Below, in pieces: positions 43,700 through 53,660 of a stretch of DNA of 64,000 bases (its first letter is position 1; each line of letters begins with the position of its first letter). A program made the translations under genes and the position numbers. Below the pieces are notes generated by a model. That model saw only the letters and a list, made by a program, of their open reading frames with translations. It made no database searches and was not told where the DNA came from. The DNA is from Candidatus Moraniibacteriota bacterium (lineage in GTDB: Bacteria; Patescibacteriota; Minisyncoccia; Moranbacterales; UBA1568): the NCBI GenBank assembly GCA_008012175.1, contig SSEF01000001.1:25061-89060 (forward strand), given 5' to 3'.

Positions 43700-45397
43700 A
43701 TGCATCGTTTTACTGGGGATATTTCTATAGTGCTCGGCGGCGCAGCGGGGCAGGGGATTCAGACGGTGGAAACACTGCTTGTCCAGGTCCTCAAGAGGGA
43801 GGGGTATTTTGTTTTCGCGTCCAAGGAGTATATGTCGCGGATCCGCGGAGGCAGTAATTCGACCGAGATCCGACTGACGTCCACAAAGCGGCGCGCCTAT
43901 GTCGATCGCATCGACCTCCTGTTCGCGCTCGACAAGAATGTCGTGCCGCATCTCGAGCACCGCATCAGCCGGAAAACCGTTATCATCGGCGAGAAGGAAA
44001 AAGTCTGCGAGACGGAGTGTCGGGTCATCGATGTGCCATTCACTCATTTTGCATCCGAGCTCGGGCATCCGATCTACACCAGCACGGTTGCAGTCGGTGT
44101 CGTCCTCGGCCTTCTCAAGGCTGAGGAGTCCGTTTTTCACGATTTTCTTCGGACGCATTTCGCTCGGAAGGGGGAGGAAGTGGTTGCCAAGAATATCGAG
44201 GCCGCGAAGAAGGGCTATACTCACGGGTCACACATCTCTTTCCTTGAAGGCATAGAAATTTCGATTCCTCGAACCGCTGATCCAGGAGAGCTTCTTCTTG
44301 ATGGAGCGGAGAGCGTGGGTCTTGGCACGATTGCAGCTGGCTGCAATTATATCTCTTCCTACCCGATGTCCCCGGGAACGGGGCTGCTTACCTTTCTTGC
44401 GGCTCACAAGAAAGACTTCGGCATTGTTGTAGATCAGGCCGAGGACGAAATCGCTGCTATCAACCAGGGGCTTGGTGCCTGGTATGCTGGTGCTCGTGCG
44501 GTTGTGACGACCTCGGGCGGTGGCTTTGCACTTATGTGTGAAGGAGTGAGTCTTTCCGGCATGATCGAGACGCCGATCGTTGTGCATATCGGGATGCGTC
44601 CGGGGCCGGCGACGGGGCTGCCCACTCGCACCGAACAGGCCGATCTCAATCTCGCGCTTTATGCTGGACATGGTGAATTTCCGCGCGCCATTTTTGCTCC
44701 TGGTACCGCCGAGGAAGCCTATCACGTCATGACGCAGGCGTTTTTCATCGCCGATAAGTATCAGATTCCGGCGTTTGTCCTGACAGATCAGTTTCTCCTC
44801 GACTCGGTCACGACCGTCCGATCCCGAGACCTACAGGCCGCATCGGATGCGATGCACATCGTTGAGACGGACAGCGCATATGAGCGCTATGCGGTTACTC
44901 CGGATGGGGTTTCGCCGCGCGGCGTCCCGGGCTTCGGTCCCGGGCTCGTCGGTGTTGATTCGGATGAACATGACGCAGCTGGCCACATCACCGAGAGTCA
45001 TCTGATTCGGATCGAACAGCATAGCAAGCGACTTCGAAAGCTTCGGGCAGTCGCCGAGGCAGCGCTTGTGCCGACCGCCTCGTCCAACCTGAAGAAGGCA
45101 AAGACAGTGATCGTTACCTGGGGTTCGAATCGGGGAGTTGTCGAGGAGACGCTTGCCATACTGGGTGACGCCTATTTCGCGCAGGTGCACTTCACCCAGG
45201 TCTATCCGCTCTCAGCTGAAGGGAAAAAGATGCTTGCCAAGACGAAAACCGTCGTGGTTGTTGAGAATAATGCAGTTGGCCAGTTCGCCGATCTCCTCGA
45301 ACGGGAGTACGGCATCAAGGTATCGGATCGCATCCTTCAGTCTGATGGTAATCCGTTCTCGGTCGAAACTCTCATCAAGCGTTTTTCAAAGCTATGA
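43700..45397 (+). CDS. korA: 2-oxoacid:ferredoxin oxidoreductase, fused gamma-alpha subunit (KorA/PorA-type)
   Basis: N-terminal gamma domain ([17 protein letters not shown]) fused to the alpha domain ([17 protein letters not shown]...). Confidence 0.85.
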   Translation: MHRFTGDISIVLGGAAGQGIQTVETLLVQVLKREGYFVFASKEYMSRIRGGSNSTEIRLTSTKRRAYVDRIDLLFALDKNVVPHLEHRISRKTVIIGEKEKVCETECRVIDVPFTHFASELGHPIYTSTVAVGVVLGLLKAEESVFHDFLRTHFARKGEEVVAKNIEAAKKGYTHGSHISFLEGIEISIPRTADPGELLLDGAESVGLGTIAAGCNYISSYPMSPGTGLLTFLAAHKKDFGIVVDQAEDEIAAINQGLGAWYAGARAVVTTSGGGFALMCEGVSLSGMIETPIVVHIGMRPGPATGLPTRTEQADLNLALYAGHGEFPRAIFAPGTAEEAYHVMTQAFFIADKYQIPAFVLTDQFLLDSVTTVRSRDLQAASDAMHIVETDSAYERYAVTPDGVSPRGVPGFGPGLVGVDSDEHDAAGHITESHLIRIEQHSKRLRKLRAVAEAALVPTASSNLKKAKTVIVTWGSNRGVVEETLAILGDAYFAQVHFTQVYPLSAEGKKMLAKTKTVVVVENNAVGQFADLLEREYGIKVSDRILQSDGNPFSVETLIKRFSKL

Positions 45398-46251
45398 TCG
45401 ACAAGAAACTCTATGATATGCCGCATGGGACAGACATGGCCTGGTGTCCGGGCTGTGGCAACTTTCCCATCCTGAATATCGTGAAGGGTGTCCTCGCCGA
45501 GATGGATATCCCGCCAACCGAAGTGGTTATCTGTTCCGGCATCGGCCAGGCCGCCAAGACCCCGCACTACTTGCGTGTGCATTATTTCAACGGACTCCAT
45601 GGACGGGCACTACCGCCGGCGATCGCCATCAAGACGGCGAATCCGAAACTGACTGTCATCGCGGAAAGCGGAGACGGCGACACCTATGGTGAAGGCGGCA
45701 ATCATTTTCTCCACACGATACGACGCAATCCGGACATCACCAATATCGTCCATAACAACATGATCTACGGCCTCACCAAGGGCCAGGCATCGCCGACCTC
45801 GGAAAAAGGGATGCAGACACCGGTTCAGGTGGATGGGGTCATGCTCGAGCCGTTCAATCCGATGGCGATCGCCATTTCGGCCGGTGCGACATTTGTTGCC
45901 CGTGCATTCTCTGGTGATATCCCACAAGCCAAAGAAATCGTGAAGGCCGCCATCCAGCACCGGGGCTATGCGCTGGTCGACGTGTTCCAGCCCTGCGTCG
46001 TCTTCAACAAGCAGAATACCTTCCAGTGGTTCCGCGATCATACCTACTATCTCGGGGATGAGCATGACAGGGGCGACCAGGCCAGGGCTCTCGGCATCGC
46101 TCTCGATACCGAGCGGCTCGCACTCGGCATTCTCTACCAGGAGACGGGTCAGCCGAGCTATGAGCAGGTCGTGCGTGAAGGTGCTGAGCCGCTCCATGAG
46201 CAGGCGCTTGACAAGAAGAAACTCGATCTTCTCCTGAAGCAGTATCGGTAG
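45394..46251 (+). CDS. korB: 2-oxoacid:ferredoxin oxidoreductase beta subunit (TPP-binding)
   Basis: [26 protein letters not shown] motif. ATGA overlap with korA. Confidence 0.85.
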   Translation: MIDKKLYDMPHGTDMAWCPGCGNFPILNIVKGVLAEMDIPPTEVVICSGIGQAAKTPHYLRVHYFNGLHGRALPPAIAIKTANPKLTVIAESGDGDTYGEGGNHFLHTIRRNPDITNIVHNNMIYGLTKGQASPTSEKGMQTPVQVDGVMLEPFNPMAIAISAGATFVARAFSGDIPQAKEIVKAAIQHRGYALVDVFQPCVVFNKQNTFQWFRDHTYYLGDEHDRGDQARALGIALDTERLALGILYQETGQPSYEQVVREGAEPLHEQALDKKKLDLLLKQYR

Positions 46252-46263
46252 TGAAAACGAAAA

Positions 46264-46293
46264 CCGCCCCTCGGTAAAGTCGGGCGGTTTTTC
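46264..46293 (+). terminator. Intrinsic terminator after korB (CCGCCC ... GGGCGG then TTTTT)
   Basis: 6-bp GC stem with a 12-nt loop and a T5 run, 13 nt after the korB stop. Confidence 0.6.
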
Positions 46294-46454
46294 AGGGCCT
46301 ATCTCAAAAATGGCTTTCAGACGCTTTCGAGTAAGTTTTGAGCGAAAAACTTGAAATGCGAAGAGGAATAATGACTTTATTTTGATAAGCAGTGAAAGTT
46401 TTGCAGCCAAAACTAACCGAAAGCCAGTCAAAGTATATTTTTGAGATAGGCCCT
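46294..46454. repeat. 161-bp AT-rich palindromic element with perfect 18-bp terminal inverted repeats (AGGGCCTATCTCAAAAAT / ATTTTTGAGATAGGCCCT) and nested internal inverted repeats
   Basis: Further internal complementary pairs: TGGCTTTC/GAAAGCCA, AGTTTTG/CAAAACT, AAAACTT/AAGTTTT. About 35 percent GC against a much higher-GC background. Lies between the korB terminator and the sufT stop. Confidence 0.6.
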
Positions 46455-46776
46455 AGTCGAGGCCGAGCTGGATTTTGGCTTCAGGTGTCATGAGCGCAAT
46501 CGTCCATGGCGGATCAAATGTGAGTACCGTCTCGACATCCTCGACTCCGTCGACCTCCATCACCCGATCCTCGATCTCTTTCTGGATCTGTCCGAAGAGC
46601 GGGCATCCCATGGTCGTGAGCGTCATCGTGATGCCGCACTTCCCTTCGGCATCAACCGTGATGCCGTAAATCAGGCCGAGTTCGACGATTGAGATGCCGA
46701 GTTCGGGATCGAGCACGAGGTGGAGTTTCTCGCGCACTTGGCCTTCAATGGATTTTTCTTGTGACGCGTTCGGCAT
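46453..46776 (-). CDS. sufT: DUF59/MIP18-family Fe-S assembly protein (SufT-like)
   Basis: VREKLHLVLDPELGISIVELGLIY...CGITMTLTTMGCPL is the DUF59 signature. Confidence 0.75.
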   Translation of the reverse strand: MPNASQEKSIEGQVREKLHLVLDPELGISIVELGLIYGITVDAEGKCGITMTLTTMGCPLFGQIQKEIEDRVMEVDGVEDVETVLTFDPPWTIALMTPEAKIQLGLD

Positions 46777-46832
46777 AGGGGAGAAAAAAGGAACCAGGCG
46801 TCTGCCTGATTCCTCCTCGGCGACAGAGGGAA

Positions 46833-47102
46833 TTATTCGGGGAAGATTTGCTTGCCGCTCGCGTCCTTGATGCGGATCGCGGCGACCGGACAGCCCCGGG
46901 CGGCGTTCAGGATCGTTTCTTGGTCGTCAGCATCGACCGTCGAGAGGATGGCTGCTTTGCCGCCCTCGTCGAGCGCGAACGAATTCGGAGCCATCGCGGT
47001 GCAGGGCGCGGCGCCGATGCAGACGCCACGATCGACTTCGACGATCCAGCCGTTCGAAAGAATCACAGGACCAGCGGGCTTACCTTCATCCTTCCAAGCC
47101 AT
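46833..47102 (-). CDS. Small ferredoxin (single-cluster, Cx5C...CP type)
   Basis: VDRGVCIGAAPC...ARGCPVAAIRI cysteine spacing of single-cluster ferredoxins. Between the suf genes and korAB. Confidence 0.7.
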   Translation of the reverse strand: MAWKDEGKPAGPVILSNGWIVEVDRGVCIGAAPCTAMAPNSFALDEGGKAAILSTVDADDQETILNAARGCPVAAIRIKDASGKQIFPE

Positions 47103-47119
47103 AAGGTATTTCTTATGAG

Positions 47120-47482
47120 TTATTTATCCGTGAGCGATTTCTTGAGCGTCTCAAGCGAAAGCAGTCCGCACTTAACCCTTCCGGGCGACAGCGGGACACC
47201 GAGAAGCTCGAGAATGTCTTGCGGCCCGAGCGAGAGGGCTGTTTTAACGGTCTTTCCTTTGACGTATTCGATCAAAAGCGATGCCGATGCCTGAGAAATG
47301 GCGCAGCCGGAGCCGGAGAACCTCACATCGGCAATAGTACCATTTTGTACGGCGATGTCCATGTGAAGGGAGTCGCCGCAGGTGGGATTTTTTACTTCGG
47401 CTACATGGGTTGGTTTTTCGAGAGAGCCGAAATTCCGCGGGTTGCGGTAGTGATCGAGGATCTGGTCTTGATAAAGGGTCAT
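47120..47482 (-). CDS. sufU: SufU/IscU-like Fe-S scaffold protein
   Basis: NPTCGD...GSGCAISQASAS...RVKCG three-Cys scaffold motifs. Start set at MTLYQDQILDHY. Confidence 0.8.
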   Translation of the reverse strand: MTLYQDQILDHYRNPRNFGSLEKPTHVAEVKNPTCGDSLHMDIAVQNGTIADVRFSGSGCAISQASASLLIEYVKGKTVKTALSLGPQDILELLGVPLSPGRVKCGLLSLETLKKSLTDK

Positions 47483-47492
47483 AGGGCAGACT

Positions 47493-48758
47493 TTAAGCGA
47501 AGATACGGCTGATTTTCTCCATCGTTCGGATGAGCCGATCGATATCATCTTTCGTATTGTAGACCGAAAGGCTGAGGCGGGTGGTCGCGGGAAATCCAGC
47601 TGTCCGGTGGAGTGGAGAAGCGCAGTGTTCGCCAGCCCGGACACAGATGTTCTCTTCGCCGAGGAGATGAGCCAGATCATGAGGGTGAAGCCCATCGAGT
47701 GTGAAAGAGATGATACCGGCCCGCTGATTGGGATCATCCGTTCCGAGGATGTGGATCCGCTGACCGAAAGCTCCCTTCAATCCCTCGAGCGCGTACCGGA
47801 TGAGCATTGTCTCATGAGCTCGGACGGATTCAAGTCCAAGCGCTTCTATGTATTCGATTGCCTCAGCGAGACCGATGGCCCCGGCAATATTTGGTGTCCC
47901 ACCTTCCAGATTTTCGGGGAGCTTCTTGTACACAGTGGTTGGGCCGCAGGCATCGAGCACAGTGCCGCCACCAACATTCATCGGAGTGAGGCGCTCGAGT
48001 GACTCTTTCTTCCCTGCAAGTATACCGATACCAGTCGGACCGAAGAGCTTGTGGCCGGAAAAAACGACGAAATCAGCTCCCCAGCGCTCGATATCGATGT
48101 TGATATGTCCGGCAGCCTGACACGCGTCGACGAGGATGAGTGCTTCAGGATTCTTCTTCCTGATGATTCGGACCAGATCGGCGACTGGATTGATGATGCC
48201 GAAGACGTTCGAGACGGCCGAAAACACAACGATGGTTGTTGTTTCATCGATGGATGTTTCGAGGTGCGCCGTATCGATGGTTCCGTCGGCAGTGAACTTC
48301 ACGCTCCGGAATATGGCGTCTCGGCGTCGCGAGAGCTCCTTCCACGGGAGATAGTTCGAGTGATGCTCGAGTTCGGTGACAACGATGTTGTGCCCGGGCT
48401 TGATCGACGCTTCGAGACCGAGGGCGACGAGATTGATCGCGTGCGTGGCATTGGCGGCGAAGACAACCGTTTCTTTCTCTCCGGCATGCACGAAGCGAGC
48501 GATCCGTTCTCGAGCCATATCGAGCGCAGTCGTCGCGCCTTCGGCCAGGGGGTACAGCCCGCGGCCGGCATTCGCCGAATATTCGAGGTAGTATTCGTTC
48601 ATTGCATCGATGACGGCTTTCGGTTTCAGCGCGGTTGCGGCTGAATCGAGATAGACGAGACCCGGTTCTGCATCGTAGATCGGGAAGTCGCGGCGGATTG
48701 CAAGTGGATCAAGCATAAGTTTATGTGAATAGTTGTGACCGGATCTTTTCGAGCTCAT
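47493..48758 (-). CDS. sufS: Cysteine desulfurase, SufS type (class II aminotransferase V)
   Basis: YLDSAAT, PLP-lysine region FSGHKLFGPTGIG and RAGEHCA active-site Cys loop. Alternative start at ATG 48716. Confidence 0.85.
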   Translation of the reverse strand: MSSKRSGHNYSHKLMLDPLAIRRDFPIYDAEPGLVYLDSAATALKPKAVIDAMNEYYLEYSANAGRGLYPLAEGATTALDMARERIARFVHAGEKETVVFAANATHAINLVALGLEASIKPGHNIVVTELEHHSNYLPWKELSRRRDAIFRSVKFTADGTIDTAHLETSIDETTTIVVFSAVSNVFGIINPVADLVRIIRKKNPEALILVDACQAAGHINIDIERWGADFVVFSGHKLFGPTGIGILAGKKESLERLTPMNVGGGTVLDACGPTTVYKKLPENLEGGTPNIAGAIGLAEAIEYIEALGLESVRAHETMLIRYALEGLKGAFGQRIHILGTDDPNQRAGIISFTLDGLHPHDLAHLLGEENICVRAGEHCASPLHRTAGFPATTRLSLSVYNTKDDIDRLIRTMEKISRIFA

Positions 48759-49323
48759 CTTCCGGGACCCCCAGCTTTTCCATCTGTTCCAGTGTCTCTT
48801 GAAAGAACCCTTGGGTTAGGAGTTTTCTCGCAGCGTTTTCCGATATGCCGCGCGACGTCACAAAAAAGAGCGATTCTTCACCTGGCGGTCCGGCTGTCGC
48901 AGCATGGCGGCATTTTACGTCATGAGCGAGGATTTCGAGAGCTGGCCGAGCATAGGCTCGCGCCCCGGGTGAGAGGAGGAGAGCGCGGCTTTCCTGTCTC
49001 GCATCGGAACGGTGGGCATCTTTGGAGATCCGGATCGTGCCATCGTAAGCGAAAGAGGCTTGATCATCCAGCGCCGTCTTCACGGTAGCGGATGAAACGG
49101 TATCTGGCGCGAGGTGTCCCTGTTTAAGAGAAAGCGATTTCTTCTCCGGGCCTCTTCCTGTATAGAAAGCGAAGACGTGAGCCCTCGCTCCCGGGTGAGA
49201 GAGTTCAAGGGAGATGTCACCCGCTCGGTTCAACACAAAAAACACCACTGTTTCGCTCGTAGCGATCCGGTAGCATGGGTTCGTATCGGCGGAGATGTCC
49301 TGGTAACGCATAGGATTATCCAA
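48721..49323 (-). CDS. sufD: SufD-like Fe-S assembly protein (short, 200 aa)
   Basis: LEILAHDVKCRHAATAG...LFFVTSRGISENAARKLL corresponds to the SufB/SufD C-terminal beta-helix and helical domain. About half the usual SufD length. Confidence 0.7.
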   Translation of the reverse strand: MDNPMRYQDISADTNPCYRIATSETVVFFVLNRAGDISLELSHPGARAHVFAFYTGRGPEKKSLSLKQGHLAPDTVSSATVKTALDDQASFAYDGTIRISKDAHRSDARQESRALLLSPGARAYARPALEILAHDVKCRHAATAGPPGEESLFFVTSRGISENAARKLLTQGFFQETLEQMEKLGVPEDELEKIRSQLFT

Positions 49324-50722
49324 TCGAACCCTTCATCTCAATATTGATGAGGCGGTTGAGTTCGATCGAGTACTCAAGGGGGATCTCTTTTGCGACGGGA
49401 TCGATGAAGCCATTGACGAGGAGCCCTTCAGCATCGCTTTCCGATATGCCGCGGGAAGTGAGATAAAACAGCTTCTCAGCCCCGATCCGCTCGACGGTCG
49501 CCTCATGTTCGACGGTCGCAGTTTCTTCATGTATGCGCATGGTCGGGTAGGTATCAGAACGCGAGTGTTCATCGAGGAGGAGCGCATCGCAGACGATTCT
49601 CGTTTTTGCATTGGTCGCCCCATCGGCGATGTGGACAAGGCCGCGGTATGAGGAACGTCCGCCGTCCTTCGAGATCGACTTGGAGACGACGCGCGAAGTG
49701 GTATCGGGCGCGAGGTGGACCATCTTGGCGCCGGCATCCTGATGCTGATGCCGCCCAGCGTACGCGATGGAGAGGACCTCGCCTCTGGCGCCCCGGCCGG
49801 CGAGATAGACGGCAGGGTATTTCATCGTGACGCCGGAACCGATATTGCAGTCGATCCATTCCATGACGGCGTTCTCTTCGGCTCGGGCCCGCTTGGTCAC
49901 GAGGTTGTAGATGTTCTTCGACCAGTTCTGAACAGTCGTGTAACGGACGCGCGCGTTTTTCTTCACGAAAATCTCGACAACTGCCGAATGGAGCGAGCTC
50001 GAACGGTAGATAGGGGCCGTGCAGCCCTCGACATAGTGCACCGAGCTTCCCTCTTCCGCGATGATGAGTGTTCGTTCGAACTGGCCGAAGGACTCGGCAT
50101 TGATGCGGAAGTAGGCCTGGAGAGGGAGATCGACTCGTACGCCTTTCGGGACGTAGACAAACGAGCCGCCGCTCCAGACGGCAGAATTGAGCGCAGCGAA
50201 CTTGTTGTCGTTCGGCGGAATGAGCTTCCCGAAATATTCCCTCACGATTTCCGGATACTTCTTGACCGCGGTATCCATGTCGCAGAAGAGGACGCCTTGC
50301 CTGGTCAATTCCTTCTGGATGCTTTCGTAGACGACTTCGGATTCGTATTGTGCCGAGACGCCAGCGAGGAAGTTCTTTTCGGCTTCCGGCACCCCGATCT
50401 TGTCATAGGTATCCTTGATCTCTTTCGGGAGGTCTTCCCAGGTTTTTGACTGTTCCTGCGTCGCCTTCAGATAATAGGTGATGCTATCGAAGTCGATCTT
50501 CGAGAGGTCGGCGCCCCATTCAGGCATGGGTTTATCCAGAAATGTCTGATAGCTCTTGAGCCGGAAGTCACGCATCCACTCTCCTTCGTTTTTGACGCGG
50601 GAAATCTCGGTCACCGTAGTCGCATCCAAACCAGCGCTCGTCTTGTGGACGGAGCGTTCAGGCATGGAGAAGCCGTACTGGTAGTCTCCGATATCGATGG
50701 CTGATTTTTTCGCGTGGGCCAT
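49316..50722 (-). CDS. sufB: Fe-S cluster assembly protein SufB
   Basis: 468 aa, conserved FYLTSRGISESDAEGLLVNGF and the beta-helix core. Confidence 0.9.
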   Translation of the reverse strand: MAHAKKSAIDIGDYQYGFSMPERSVHKTSAGLDATTVTEISRVKNEGEWMRDFRLKSYQTFLDKPMPEWGADLSKIDFDSITYYLKATQEQSKTWEDLPKEIKDTYDKIGVPEAEKNFLAGVSAQYESEVVYESIQKELTRQGVLFCDMDTAVKKYPEIVREYFGKLIPPNDNKFAALNSAVWSGGSFVYVPKGVRVDLPLQAYFRINAESFGQFERTLIIAEEGSSVHYVEGCTAPIYRSSSLHSAVVEIFVKKNARVRYTTVQNWSKNIYNLVTKRARAEENAVMEWIDCNIGSGVTMKYPAVYLAGRGARGEVLSIAYAGRHQHQDAGAKMVHLAPDTTSRVVSKSISKDGGRSSYRGLVHIADGATNAKTRIVCDALLLDEHSRSDTYPTMRIHEETATVEHEATVERIGAEKLFYLTSRGISESDAEGLLVNGFIDPVAKEIPLEYSIELNRLINIEMKGSIG

Positions 50723-50724
50723 AC

Positions 50725-51441
50725 TTATTTGATCGAGTCGAATCCTTGCTCTTCGATTTTTTTTGCGAGCGCGGCGCGGCCAGTTTTAACCAGCCGTCCA
50801 TCTTTGAGGATAAGGACCTGGTCCGGCTGGGTCGCCCGGAGGAGGCGGACAGAGTGAGTAATGAAGATGAGAGTCGTCTCTTCCGGTAGGTGCCGCCTGA
50901 GGAATTTCGTTATCGTCTTGAGCGCATCGACATCGACGCCTGTATCGATCTCGTCAAAGATGGCGAAGCGGGGCGATAGGAGGGCGGCCTGAAGGGCTTC
51001 AAGCTTCTTTTTCTCACCGCCGGAGAACCCAACGTTTAGTGATCGCCGAAGAAGCTCGTCCTTGATCCGGAGCTCCTTCGCGTGCTTCGCGACAAGGGTA
51101 TGGAGTTCGACGGGTGCGATCTTTTTTTCGAGCGCGAGCCGGAGGAGTTCGAAGACGTTGACGCCGGCGAGCTCCATCGGTGTCTGGAACGAGAGGAACA
51201 CCCCGAGTCGGGCGCGTTCGTCAGGCGCGAGATTTTTCAGGTTCTTCCGGCCGAGGAGGATTTTGCTTGGGCGCGAGAGCGTGTATGCTGGATGGCCCAT
51301 GATGGCGCTCGCCAGGGTCGATTTTCCGGAGCCGTTCGGCCCCATGAGCGCGTAGGTTTTACCTGGAAGGAAATCGAACGCGAAATCGCGCAGGATTTTC
51401 TTTCCCTCGACGGAAACGGTGAGGTTCTTGATGGAGAGCAT
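50725..51441 (-). CDS. sufC: Fe-S cluster assembly ATPase SufC
   Basis: Walker A GPNGSGKST, ABC signature FSGGEKKK, Walker B AIFDEIDTGVD. The longer ORF to 51501 overlaps rrf2. Confidence 0.9.
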   Translation of the reverse strand: MLSIKNLTVSVEGKKILRDFAFDFLPGKTYALMGPNGSGKSTLASAIMGHPAYTLSRPSKILLGRKNLKNLAPDERARLGVFLSFQTPMELAGVNVFELLRLALEKKIAPVELHTLVAKHAKELRIKDELLRRSLNVGFSGGEKKKLEALQAALLSPRFAIFDEIDTGVDVDALKTITKFLRRHLPEETTLIFITHSVRLLRATQPDQVLILKDGRLVKTGRAALAKKIEEQGFDSIK

Positions 51442-51445
51442 AGTT

Positions 51446-51850
51446 TTATCGAGCGTTATGGGAGAGGTGTTCGAGCGAGATATCTGAAAGCGTTTCTTCA
51501 ATTTTTCCCTCGAGCGTCCGCCACACCTGATTCGTCTGACAGTGGCTGACCTGGAGACAGGGGAGTGCGCCTTTCACCGGTGGATTGAACATCTCGATCG
51601 GACCATCAAGGACATGGAGAATATCCCAGGCGCTGGTCTCCTTGGGACTTCGAGCGAGCGCATACCCACCAGTGACGCCTTTGGTCGCCTCGACCAGGCC
51701 TGCTTTTCTGAGCGTCTGGAGGATTTTCTCGAGGTAGTCTTCGGGCAGGTGTTCGGATTCAGCCAAGGCGCGAATCGAAAGCGGCCGATCAGACTGGGCA
51801 AGAGCGATCGAGGCACGGAGCCCGTAGTATGCCTTTTTTGAGACTTTCAT
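51446..51850 (-). CDS. Rrf2-family transcriptional regulator (IscR/SufR-like)
   Basis: MKVSKKAYYGLRA...Rrf2 winged HTH. Only two Cys (CLQVSHC). First gene of the suf operon. Confidence 0.8.
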   Translation of the reverse strand: MKVSKKAYYGLRASIALAQSDRPLSIRALAESEHLPEDYLEKILQTLRKAGLVEATKGVTGGYALARSPKETSAWDILHVLDGPIEMFNPPVKGALPCLQVSHCQTNQVWRTLEGKIEETLSDISLEHLSHNAR

Positions 51851-51865
51851 AGAAAATATGCATAC

Positions 51866-51966
51866 GACCCTTAAAGGGCTATAATATAATTCGGACCAAT
51901 TTAGTCCAATATTAGAGAATAATGAGTGTCCCTGTCAAGAGTCTTTGAATTTATGCCATTGACAGG
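51866..51966. promoter_or_regulatory. Divergent promoter/operator region upstream of rrf2-suf
   Basis: Minus-strand TTGACA (rc of 51933-51938) and TAATAT (rc of 51909-51914) with 18-nt spacing. Palindromes GGAC-N7-GTCC (51893-51907), CCCTT-a-AAGGG (51868-51878) and CCTGTCAA-N20-TTGACAGG (51931-51966). Confidence 0.35.
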
Positions 51967-52089
51967 TTTTGGATAAGTGCGATAGTGGATGCAGTTTTTC
52001 TGCGCATCGCGCATAGTTCTTTGATTCATCCAGGCGGATCAACAGTTGCTTTCTCGATCTTTTCGTTTTCCGATTCGGGGGATAAAGAG

Positions 52090-52410
52090 ATGAAAATAGT
52101 TTTCGGAAATCAGGTCCTGACGGGCGATCAAATCAAGGAATTTACGAAGGCACGGGATCCAAAGTGGCTTCTAGAATTTTTCCGGCATATTCTCGACAAA
52201 GAGAATTCCTTTGCAGTAGGCATCAAGGTGCAGGGAGGCGATCGCTGTGGCCGTTTCATTCTGACGAGCGGCAGCCTCTCTCGTTTGGCCTTGATAGCGG
52301 ACGGGAAGTACAGGTACATCGGGCCGATCATTGAATGGGAGGTTTTGCTTGGATGCTCCGATGCGGAAGAGGCACGAAGAAAGTTTTTTGGCGCGTTGGG
52401 GGACAGGTAA
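52090..52410 (+). CDS. Hypothetical small protein (106 aa)
   Basis: ATG 52090 preceded by GGGGGA. No recognisable domain. The longer ORF from 51985 has no RBS. Confidence 0.4.
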   Translation: MKIVFGNQVLTGDQIKEFTKARDPKWLLEFFRHILDKENSFAVGIKVQGGDRCGRFILTSGSLSRLALIADGKYRYIGPIIEWEVLLGCSDAEEARRKFFGALGDR

Positions 52411-52528
52411 TGGGACTGGTCCCGCTCTCATATGCGAGACGGTGGTCTGGAGGGGTGTCACATCGTGCGCTCCTCTTTTTTCTATCATTTGCCGCCCGGC
52501 TGGCGGGAATGGTAAGCTTTTCTACACT

Positions 52529-53539
52529 ATGAAAAAGGATTTTTGGCAGGCATTGCCACGACCGTTTTTTGTCTTGGCTCCGCTTGCAAATATTACAGAC
52601 TACAGCTTTCGCCAGTTTATTGCCCGATATAAGAAGCCGGATGTTTTTTGGACGGAGTTTGTCGCAGCTGATGGACTCTGCCATCCGAAGGGTCGCGAAG
52701 CATTGATCCGTGACCTGAAGTTCGATGATAACGAGCGGCCGGTGGTCGCTCAGCTCTTCACCGGTCAACCGGAAAATATGTTCGAAGGAGCAAGGCTTGT
52801 GAAGGAGCTCGGTTTCGACGGACTTGATATCAATATGGGGTGTCCCGATAAAAACGTAATGAAACAGGGTGCTGGCGCTGCCTGCATGAAGGACCCCGTG
52901 CTTGCTCAGGCTATCATTCGTGCGGCGATGGACGGGGTTCGGGCCGATGGCAAAGATCCGATCCCAGTTTCGATAAAGACGCGACTGGGATTTAATCGTG
53001 ATGATTTGGAGGAGTGGCTGCCAAAAGTGCTTGAGACCGGTCCAGCAGCTGTCACCCTGCATCTTCGAACGAAGAAGGAGATGTCACTCGTCCCGGCTCA
53101 CTGGGATCGGATGAACCGGGCTGTCGAGATCCGGAATGAATATAATCCAAAGACGCTCATCATCGGCAACGGCGATGTTCAGACCTTGGACGAAGGTCGG
53201 AGGAAATGTGTTGAAACCGGATGTGACGGCGTAATGATTGGCCGCGGGGTTTTCGGGAACCCCTGGATTTTCGATGAAGCCAAAACGAAGGTCTCAGTTC
53301 GCGAACGGCTTGAGGCAATGCTGGTCCTAACCGAGCTGTTTGTTGATGTTTGGGAAGGGGCGAAAAGTTTTGAACTCTTAAAAAAACATTTTCAAGCCTA
53401 TATTGCCGGTTTTCCTGGCGCTCGGGAGCTTCGTGCCGAGCTTATGCTGGTCTATGACGGGCAGGCTGTGAAGGATCGAGTCAGGAGTTTCCTCAGTGCT
53501 CATGCGGCTTTGGCAGAGCAGGAAATTTTGCTGAAGTGA
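52529..53539 (+). CDS. dus: tRNA-dihydrouridine synthase
   Basis: FVLAPLANITDYSFRQF, DINMGCP and catalytic Cys, FMN-binding TIM-barrel motifs. Start at MKKDFWQ (ATG 52529). Confidence 0.85.
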   Translation: MKKDFWQALPRPFFVLAPLANITDYSFRQFIARYKKPDVFWTEFVAADGLCHPKGREALIRDLKFDDNERPVVAQLFTGQPENMFEGARLVKELGFDGLDINMGCPDKNVMKQGAGAACMKDPVLAQAIIRAAMDGVRADGKDPIPVSIKTRLGFNRDDLEEWLPKVLETGPAAVTLHLRTKKEMSLVPAHWDRMNRAVEIRNEYNPKTLIIGNGDVQTLDEGRRKCVETGCDGVMIGRGVFGNPWIFDEAKTKVSVRERLEAMLVLTELFVDVWEGAKSFELLKKHFQAYIAGFPGARELRAELMLVYDGQAVKDRVRSFLSAHAALAEQEILLK

Positions 53540-53660
53540 AGTCATGCCGGCCAAGAATATCCTGACGGGCCACTATGGTTATTGCTGAACTTACGGAATG
53601 TTTCCTTCACACCAAGGTTGCGATCTGCTAGATCTTTTTCCCTCAAAATCTGGCTAGGGG

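Noticed and set aside
45610-46431. 273-aa minus-strand ORF antisense to korB and extending into the palindromic element
   Set aside because: Antisense to a clearly identified TPP-binding beta subunit. Its apparent start would lie inside the AT-rich palindrome and have no RBS.
47493-48758. Alternative later start for sufS at ATG 48716 (no overlap with sufD)
   Set aside because: Kept the longer call: the 48758 ATG is preceded by a GGGGG run at RBS distance while 48716 has none. Either is possible and this is not resolvable from sequence alone.
52331-52528. N-terminal 66-aa extension of the dus ORF (start 52331)
   Set aside because: Overlaps the 3' end of the upstream small gene and encodes Gly/Arg/Cys-rich low-complexity sequence. 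The conserved Dus N-terminus begins at ATG 52529.
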